Positions 37,363 through 43,260 of a stretch of 43,260 nt of DNA are shown here, piece by piece (within the stretch, counting starts at the first letter, position 1; every line of letters starts with the position of its first letter). The notes under the pieces are model-generated. The model worked only from the letters and a program-made list of their open reading frames with translations. It searched no databases and was not told the origin of the DNA. The stretch comes from a virus. Lineage: Duplodnaviria > Caudoviricetes. The stretch is taken from IMG/VR virus record IMGVR_UViG_3300036660_000029, positions 1-43,260 of that record, one strand, 5' to 3'. The position numbers and the translations under genes were made by a program.

Positions 37363-37580
37363 GACGGAATTATAGGATCATTAACAATATCTTCTAATAT
37401 CATTCTGAACATTTCGCTACGTCGTATAACAGCGGAGTATATTTGGTATCTACAATCTTGATACTTAACCATAATGGTATAAAATGTAAATTCCTGCCAT
37501 TTATGACCCTGCCTGATAAGAGCATTTTGAATATCAAGCCCTGAGTATTCCTTAAATTCGGCTGTTATGTTTTCGACCAT
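37359..37580 (-). CDS. Hypothetical protein
   Basis: ATGA-coupled reverse-strand ORF. Confidence 0.6.
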   Translation of the reverse strand: MVENITAEFKEYSGLDIQNALIRQGHKWQEFTFYTIMVKYQDCRYQIYSAVIRRSEMFRMILEDIVNDPIIPS

Positions 37581-37582
37581 GG

Positions 37583-37780
37583 TTACTTTTTTATCCAGTG
37601 AGTATCTACGTATCCAAAACCTAGTCTTTCCATAAATGACTTGATAGTATTAAGCTTTGCCGTACCCGTTTTAATCGCTCTGAGTGTATTGCTAAATGTG
37701 CTTTGAGCCATGCGAGGCTCACAGTACTCATAAGGTTTATTCTGAGTACGTAAATATTCAACCACCTGATCTGTATTCAT
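37583..37780 (-). CDS. Putative HTH DNA-binding protein
   Basis: MAQSTFSNTLRAIKTGTAKLNTIKSFMERLG resembles an XRE-type HTH; ATG at 37780 follows a promoter. Confidence 0.5.
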   Translation of the reverse strand: MNTDQVVEYLRTQNKPYEYCEPRMAQSTFSNTLRAIKTGTAKLNTIKSFMERLGFGYVDTHWIKK

Positions 37781-37785
37781 ATATT

Positions 37786-37793
37786 CAAATATA
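37786..37793 (-). promoter_or_regulatory. -7 promoter TATATTTG
   Basis: TAnnTTTG 5 nt before the minus-strand ATG at 37780. Confidence 0.6.
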
Positions 37794-37846
37794 GTGTTTT
37801 TTATTTCAGTGAGTACTATATTTTTTCTATTTATTTTTATAGGCAA

Positions 37847-38488
37847 ATGGAAGATTTAACCAAAAACCACGCATCTGAAGTAAAAGAGCTTGACGATAAG
37901 AAAGGGTATGTTGAGGCCATTGCGAACGCTTACAACAATGAGGACAGTGACGGAGATATTTCTCATCCCGGCTCGTTTATGAAAACTGTATCCGAAAACC
38001 GTAAAAAGTTGAGGGTATATAAAAATCATGACACTAGCTTATTGGTCGGCGTTCCAAAAGAGTTAAGGCCAGAGCATCCGGATGGATTGTTTACCGGAAC
38101 TCAGTTTAATATGGAAACCGCATTAGGCAAAGACATGTTTAACGATGTTAAGCTAATCCACTCGAATAACCAGGATGCTGATTTGTCAATCGGTTATAGG
38201 GTCGTACGGAGAGATCAGAAAAACTCAAAGATAATTACTGAATATGCCCTGAGAGAATATTCATTCCTTACAAGTTGGGGCGCAAATCCTAACGCTATTG
38301 TGTTGGGTGCCAAATCTGAATCACCGAAGGATATTATAAAATATTTAACCACGATGTATAACCTTCCTTATTCAGATGTACGTCTGATGCAGGTTGAAAG
38401 CATATTAAAATCACTCGCAGATGCGCCGTCTAAGGACACCCACTTTGTAGAGCCGGTAAAATCCATTTACTCATTATTATCACACTAA
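37847..38488 (+). CDS. HK97-type prohead protease
   Basis: DSDGDI..PGSF..T, NHD, LSIGY and EYS....GANP.A. Confidence 0.92.
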   Translation: MEDLTKNHASEVKELDDKKGYVEAIANAYNNEDSDGDISHPGSFMKTVSENRKKLRVYKNHDTSLLVGVPKELRPEHPDGLFTGTQFNMETALGKDMFNDVKLIHSNNQDADLSIGYRVVRRDQKNSKIITEYALREYSFLTSWGANPNAIVLGAKSESPKDIIKYLTTMYNLPYSDVRLMQVESILKSLADAPSKDTHFVEPVKSIYSLLSH

Positions 38489-38490
38489 AA

Positions 38491-39786
38491 ATGACAACAG
38501 AAGAAATAGCGGAAAAAGAAGCCGCATTGAAAGTAATTAAGGACACCGCAGAGAATGCAGCCGAACTGTATGTAGCGAAGAACCTAGAAAAATTCCTAAA
38601 AGCCGAGGTTGGAACCCCGGATGCAAAAGCGTTAATTAAGCAGATTGCACAGGAAGCCTTAGACTCTTTAGAGATCAAAGAAGCTGACGGCAAAAAGACT
38701 GCCTTAAAAACTCTTTTGGATGAAATGCAAGATCAGCATGACAAATTATCTGCAAGGGTGAAAGGTTTTGCCTCTGGGACTGAAAATCAGACTAAGAGTT
38801 GGTCAGAGCAAACAAATGAAGGATTGGCCCCGCATATCAAAGCTCTTTCAGAAATGAAGGACAATATGAAAGCTGGCGGAGTATCCTTTAATATGAAAGC
38901 AGCCGGTACTATCACAATAGCCGGTAATTATTCAGGCGGAACAGTTGGACTTTCAACATTTGATCCTGAATTTGCACGTATCCAAAGACGTAGGCCGTTT
39001 ATGCGTGAACTGGTTAGGGTATTAACTACCGATAACCTTTACATTGCCTGGGCAGAACAGGAAAACCCTGATCCGGGTGTAGCTGGTCAAGTTGCAGAGG
39101 GTGCGGCTAAACCACAGACTGATTTTGATATGGTGGAACGTTCTGCAAAAGTAGAAAAAACCGCTGTATGGATTAAAGTATCCAAAGAGGCTCTGGCAGA
39201 TATTAAGTTCTTGCGTTCTGAGATTGACACTGAGCTACGTGAGTTAGTAGAGCTTAAATTAGACGAGCAGATATTATCAGGTAACGGAACATCTCCGAAC
39301 CTTAAAGGTATCTTGCAATACGCTCCTGCCTTTAACGGTGGTGGTCAGGTAGTACCTAGTGCAAATCGTTATGATGTATTGATCGCTTCAATCGCTCAGG
39401 TGGTTGCCGCAAACTTTATGCCTGATACGGTTGTTTTGAACCCTGTTGATTTCTACGGCATGCAGTTAATCAAAGACAGTCAGGGACGTTATCTTATCCC
39501 GCCTTTCATGAGCAATGGTTACTACACAGTTGGTGGTTTGCAAGTTGTTCCTAACAACGGTGTAACTTCTGGTTCATTCCTGGTCGGTGACTTCAAAAAG
39601 GATAACCTGGCAATACGCGAGGAGTTCAATGTTCAAATCGGTTATGTAAATGACGATTTTACAAAGAACTTAGTAACTATCCTTGCTGAACTTCGTGCAG
39701 TAAACTATATCAAGACAAACCATGTAAATGCATTTGTTCAGGGTACGTTTATCGCGGCTGAGTTCTTACTAGAAAGGACTACCTAG
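38491..39786 (+). CDS. Major capsid protein (HK97 fold, N-terminal delta / scaffold domain)
   Basis: VAEGAAKP, VSKEALAD, D.QILSGNG, LNPVD, KDSQGRY and GDF motifs. Confidence 0.95.
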   Translation: MTTEEIAEKEAALKVIKDTAENAAELYVAKNLEKFLKAEVGTPDAKALIKQIAQEALDSLEIKEADGKKTALKTLLDEMQDQHDKLSARVKGFASGTENQTKSWSEQTNEGLAPHIKALSEMKDNMKAGGVSFNMKAAGTITIAGNYSGGTVGLSTFDPEFARIQRRRPFMRELVRVLTTDNLYIAWAEQENPDPGVAGQVAEGAAKPQTDFDMVERSAKVEKTAVWIKVSKEALADIKFLRSEIDTELRELVELKLDEQILSGNGTSPNLKGILQYAPAFNGGGQVVPSANRYDVLIASIAQVVAANFMPDTVVLNPVDFYGMQLIKDSQGRYLIPPFMSNGYYTVGGLQVVPNNGVTSGSFLVGDFKKDNLAIREEFNVQIGYVNDDFTKNLVTILAELRAVNYIKTNHVNAFVQGTFIAAEFLLERTT

Positions 39787-39803
39787 TATTAACTAACCAA
39801 TAG

Positions 39804-39834
39804 AAAAACCTCTGCAAATCGCAGGGGTTTTTTT
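39804..39834 (+). terminator. Intrinsic terminator after the capsid gene
   Basis: AAAAACCTCTGC-AAATC-GCAGGGGTTTTTTT. Confidence 0.85.
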
Positions 39835-39867
39835 GTGTGTAAAAATAAATGAAAATAAATTATACAA

Positions 39868-39892
39868 GTGTTACACCAATGTGTTACCTTGC
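39868..39892 (+). promoter_or_regulatory. Candidate promoter (TACCTTGC) with tandem GTGTTAC operator repeats
   Basis: GTGTTAC at 39868 and 39881; the second overlaps a -7-like element. Confidence 0.5.
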
Positions 39893-39913
39893 ATTATTAT
39901 AATACAACAACTT

Positions 39914-40063
39914 ATGCCAAGATCAGAACGTATTTACATGCCTATCACTCCAAAGCAAATGGAGATAGTGCAAAAACTAATGAAGCAAGAGGGTAAATCT
40001 AAAGCCCAAATAGTAGCTTTAATTTTCGGAGATGGACTTAAATTAGTGGATAATGGAAAGTAA
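39914..40063 (+). CDS. Ribbon-helix-helix-like regulator
   Basis: MPRSERIYMPITPKQMEIVQKLMKQEGKSKAQIVALIF, a strand-helix-G.SK-helix pattern. Confidence 0.65.
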   Translation: MPRSERIYMPITPKQMEIVQKLMKQEGKSKAQIVALIFGDGLKLVDNGK

Positions 40064-40241
40064 GGCTTACATAACAGATGTTACGGTTAGCGATGTTAAA
40101 TTAGAGTTTGACAGGCTAGATGACGGGACTAAAACCAATCTTAGGTATACGGCTGTTATTTCCGCAAATGCAGTATCTAGGGGTAAAATGACGCTAGAAC
40201 AATTTAAAGACGAAATATTTAAAGCGATGGATAATGAATAA
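40053..40241 (+). CDS. Hypothetical protein
   Basis: ORF overlapping its neighbours. Confidence 0.6.
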   Translation: MESKAYITDVTVSDVKLEFDRLDDGTKTNLRYTAVISANAVSRGKMTLEQFKDEIFKAMDNE

Positions 40242-40446
40242 AGAACCCTATGAAAATAAGCTCCTTAATCCCATTATTGAGAATAAGGTCAGCAAAGAGC
40301 ATCTATCCGTTATTGAGTTAACCAAACGCCACGCATACGACCTAGAACAGCGTATAGCAATGCTTAAAAAAGTTGATCCTGATAATGAGCAAATAGTTAT
40401 TTTGGAACAAAAGCTGGAAGCTGAAAGGAGGTTTGTGAAGAGATGA
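40234..40446 (+). CDS. Hypothetical protein
   Basis: ORF overlapping its neighbours. Confidence 0.6.
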   Translation: MNKEPYENKLLNPIIENKVSKEHLSVIELTKRHAYDLEQRIAMLKKVDPDNEQIVILEQKLEAERRFVKR

Positions 40447-40526
40447 GACACATACGAGCCTATATCCTTATAATCATAGGATTTGCGGGATTAATTATTT
40501 CGATATACCACTTATGTAAACCGTAA
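40443..40526 (+). CDS. 27-aa membrane peptide
   Basis: MRHIRAYILIIIGFAGLIISIYHLCKP; fills the gap exactly. Confidence 0.45.
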   Translation: MRHIRAYILIIIGFAGLIISIYHLCKP

Positions 40527-40527
40527 T

Positions 40528-41208
40528 ATGATCAGCGTAATACATCCGAGCAGGGGGAGGCCAGAATTAGCGTTTGATACTATGGTATCTAAGTGGCTAT
40601 TAAAAAATGATAGCGGTAAAAATATTCAATATATAGTATCGGTAGATGAAGATGATCCTGAATTATATAAATATAAATATTGGTTTACCGAGGTTTGCGA
40701 GGGCATAGGTTTTGTTGTCAATCCCAATAAATCGGCAATAGATGCAATAAACAACGCCGCCAAAATAGCAACAGGCGATTTACTTGTCGTCATAAGCGAT
40801 GATATGGACTGCCCCGAACGCTGGGATACCTTACTATTAGAAGCCATTGGTGACAAACAAGACTTTTGCGCTAAAACCTCAGACGGTCATCAGGACTGGT
40901 TAATCACTTTGCCGATTCTTGATAGAACTTTCTATAATAGATTTGGATACGTATACCATCCCGATTTTAAGCATATGCATTGTGACTTAGACCTTACGTG
41001 CAGGGCGTGGATGTTAGATAGGTATATTGAATTGCCTTTGACATTCAAACATAATCACTATTCACTAACTGGGCAGCAGCCAGACGAAATTAACCGCAGA
41101 AACAACGCAACATGGGGGCACGGGAGGATGACATTCAATGAAAGACTGGCAAGGAATTTTGATCTGGCAGGCGGCCTTAAGCCATTACCTATTTTACCTA
41201 AATACTGA
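40528..41208 (+). CDS. GT2-like glycosyltransferase
   Basis: ISVIHPSRGRP, VSVDEDD, AINNAA..ATGD, ISDD, CD.D and H.H. Confidence 0.8.
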   Translation: MISVIHPSRGRPELAFDTMVSKWLLKNDSGKNIQYIVSVDEDDPELYKYKYWFTEVCEGIGFVVNPNKSAIDAINNAAKIATGDLLVVISDDMDCPERWDTLLLEAIGDKQDFCAKTSDGHQDWLITLPILDRTFYNRFGYVYHPDFKHMHCDLDLTCRAWMLDRYIELPLTFKHNHYSLTGQQPDEINRRNNATWGHGRMTFNERLARNFDLAGGLKPLPILPKY

Positions 41209-41774
41209 TGAAAAGACCTTTATACCTTTTAAAATTACCGGCTCCAATAATTGATTTGGACGGGGAAATATGGAAACCCGTTATTGTTAATATCATTCAT
41301 TATAAGTATGAGATAAGCAACATGGGAAGATTAAAGTATTTTTCAAGATCGGCTCCCAGATTGGTAAGCACATCAAAGAAACCTAATATGTACAGTTGTC
41401 ATACATTGTATGGCTATGGAGAAACACCGGATATTAATATATCTATACATAGGCTAGTAGGTTTGCATTTTGTTGAAAACCCAGATAATTTACCAGAGGT
41501 GAACCATAAGAACGCTATCAAAAACGATAATCTGCATAGCAATTTGGAATGGGTAACTAAAAAAGGAAATTCTCAACACGCATTAATAAACGGGTTGCGG
41601 ATATTCAAATACGGGTCGGACAATAAATCTGCAAAGTTGGCTATAAATATAGAAACCGGGATATTTTATGATACAATAAGAGATGCGGCCAAAGCACACA
41701 ATCTTAAACACGGTACCCTTACACATAGACTTTCAGGAAGATTAGTTAACAACACATCTATTTTAGTTGTATGA
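41208..41774 (+). CDS. NUMOD4-HNH homing endonuclease
   Basis: EIWKPV, YEISNMGR, HRLV..HF...VNHKN..K.DN...NLEWVT and a C-terminal NUMOD1-like segment. Confidence 0.92.
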   Translation: MKRPLYLLKLPAPIIDLDGEIWKPVIVNIIHYKYEISNMGRLKYFSRSAPRLVSTSKKPNMYSCHTLYGYGETPDINISIHRLVGLHFVENPDNLPEVNHKNAIKNDNLHSNLEWVTKKGNSQHALINGLRIFKYGSDNKSAKLAINIETGIFYDTIRDAAKAHNLKHGTLTHRLSGRLVNNTSILVV

Positions 41775-42442
41775 ACCTCCTTATAAAATACGCAACCCGT
41801 GGCCGCAGATCGTTGTACAATCAAGCGATCAGGAATGTAGAAGCTATGACAGCCGGAACATATCAGTTAGTAGTATCTGCTGATAATTGCGATCCGTGTA
41901 TGCAGGGATTAAATATTAACTACGATGCCAGAACCTCTAAGATCGGAGCTATTAATAGGGATTTAGATAATGTCAAATTCGACTGGTTAGTGAACTTTAG
42001 TGATGATATGATTTTCACCGCTCCGGGTTGGGATCAAAGGATGCTACGAAAAATCCGCTCCATTTGGGGTGATAGCACTGACTTCTTTGCTCATTTCAAT
42101 GATGGCTTTGTTGGTCATAAATTACCCACTATGTCCGTTATCGGCTGGGACTATTACCAACGTGACAAATACATTTATCATCCCTCATACAAGTCCGTAT
42201 CATGTGATGCGGAGGCTATGTTCGTGGCTATGATGCGAGGCAGGCACCACTATTTCCCGGAGGTGTACTTTAATCACATACACCCGGCAAATTTGCGTTT
42301 TCCATCTGATCAAACGTATAGGGATAATGATAAGTTTGGATCAGAGGACACGGCTAACTATTTTGAACGGATGTCAAGATGTTTTGAAGTTGAAAACCCG
42401 GTAATGGTGCCGGATGAAATTAGGAGGGCAATGAAGATATGA
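41771..42442 (+). CDS. GT2-like glycosyltransferase (distant paralog of 40528)
   Basis: KYATRGR, KIGAINR, FSDDM, YIYHP.YK...CD.E and H.HP. Confidence 0.75.
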   Translation: MNLLIKYATRGRRSLYNQAIRNVEAMTAGTYQLVVSADNCDPCMQGLNINYDARTSKIGAINRDLDNVKFDWLVNFSDDMIFTAPGWDQRMLRKIRSIWGDSTDFFAHFNDGFVGHKLPTMSVIGWDYYQRDKYIYHPSYKSVSCDAEAMFVAMMRGRHHYFPEVYFNHIHPANLRFPSDQTYRDNDKFGSEDTANYFERMSRCFEVENPVMVPDEIRRAMKI

Positions 42443-42828
42443 AAGCAAATGAATTAAGGATAGGGAATACAATAATGTCTATGGCTGGCATTGTTACTGT
42501 AAGGTCCATTAATGATGCAAGCGATGGGCATTACATTGGAATGAAAGAATTTGTGTTCGCATCTAATATTAGCGAGTTTTCAGGCATCCCATTAACTGAA
42601 GAATGGTTGTTGAAGTTTGGGTTTAAATACCAACGTCCAGGAATTGGTGGTCAAGATTCATGGGCTGGTTACGGGTTTTGGCAATTACCTAATAATGAAT
42701 TTAATCTTATAGGAACAAAGTCAGGAACAGTATATTTTAACAGGTGTTGGGATTGGCAAATCAAACACGTTCACCAACTCCAAAACCTTTACTTTGCCTT
42801 AACCGGAACTGAATTATGCAAAAGTTAG
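42439..42828 (+). CDS. Conserved hypothetical phage protein
   Basis: MKANELRIGN...IPLTEEWLLKFGF...HQLQNLYFALTG.EL. Confidence 0.75.
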   Translation: MKANELRIGNTIMSMAGIVTVRSINDASDGHYIGMKEFVFASNISEFSGIPLTEEWLLKFGFKYQRPGIGGQDSWAGYGFWQLPNNEFNLIGTKSGTVYFNRCWDWQIKHVHQLQNLYFALTGTELCKS

Positions 42829-43260
42829 CTTTACTTATCCCAACATTAGACGGGCGTGAGCAATACCTAGAGAGGCTATTAACCGTATTACGCCCTCAAG
42901 TCAATGCGTACGGTGATAATGCCGAGATAATCATACTAAAGGACAACCGTGAGAAAACAACAGGATGGAAGCGTAACGCACTTACCGAAATGGCTATCAT
43001 CTCAGGTGCAACACATCGGGCGTTCATAGATGATGATGATACAGTTACAGACGATTACATGGATTTAAATATGCCGGGAGTTATGCAGGATTTTGACTGT
43101 AATTCATTGGTAGGTCTGTATTTCTTAAACGGTAGGTATGACAGACCTTTTTATCACTCACTTAAATATACTCATTGGTGGCAGGACAATGCTGGATACT
43201 ACCGTAACCCAAATCACTTGAATGTGGTTAAGCTGGATTTAATAAAAGATATTCCCTTCC
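42816..43260 (+). CDS. 5' part of a GT2-like glycosyltransferase continuing through the junction to position 246
   Basis: MQKLALLIPTLDGREQYL.RLL...KRNAL...AFIDDDD.V..DY; open to the end of the window. Confidence 0.85.
   Translation, partial: MQKLALLIPTLDGREQYLERLLTVLRPQVNAYGDNAEIIILKDNREKTTGWKRNALTEMAIISGATHRAFIDDDDTVTDDYMDLNMPGVMQDFDCNSLVGLYFLNGRYDRPFYHSLKYTHWWQDNAGYYRNPNHLNVVKLDLIKDIPF
43134..43260. repeat. Terminal direct repeat, copy 2
   Basis: Identical to 1-127. Confidence 0.97.

Noticed and set aside
39833-39913. Longer ORF-track starts at 39833, 28347, 18857, 19053 and 37846
   Set aside because: These extensions run through terminators or promoters; downstream ATGs fit better.
43134-43260. 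127-bp terminal repeat as a biological direct terminal repeat
   Set aside because: The length equals a common assembler k-mer and the repeat lies in the middle of a gene, so it is best explained as circular overlap.
40528-43260. Classical Gtr-type serotype conversion cassette
   Set aside because: No flippase or multi-TM transferase in the island, and no evidence of lysogeny. Other host-surface effects are not excluded.
1-43260. Stop-codon reassignment
   Set aside because: Standard-code ORFs tile the genome densely, and TAA, TAG and TGA all end well-supported genes.

Overview
The window is an essentially complete ~43.1 kb tailed dsDNA (siphovirus-type) phage genome assembled as a circle. Bases 1-127 are identical to 43134-43260, so the unit length is 43,133 bp and one gene crosses the junction. 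A Bacteroidota host is inferred from TAnnTTTG-type -7 promoters, A-rich translation starts without Shine-Dalgarno sites, an LASC-KKD lipoprotein and an ANA-Q signal peptide. Gene order on the circle: small terminase, large terminase, portal, Thr/Ala-rich repeat protein, MuF-like protein, reverse-strand insert, HK97-type protease, major capsid, a ~9 kb island of about eight soluble glycosyltransferase-like and two methyltransferase genes, neck and tail genes (with a -1 frameshift chaperone), a signal-peptide-bearing beta-helix fibre, lysis genes, a divergent early control region, RecT and YqaJ, a beta clamp, a GNAT-methyltransferase / Fe-S / glycosyltransferase cluster, a replication initiator with an iteron origin, and RusA. 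I found no integrase, CI-type repressor, DNA polymerase, tRNA or CRISPR array. The most notable items are (1) the glycosylation island between capsid and neck genes, (2) three leaders with different sequences but one shared promoter / 5' seed / terminator-with-complementary-loop architecture, (3) a putative novel DNA hypermodification operon, (4) an apparently secreted tail-fibre-position protein, and (5) short ORFs interleaved as start-codon-bounded cassettes. All functional calls come from motif recognition by eye; no database searches were run.
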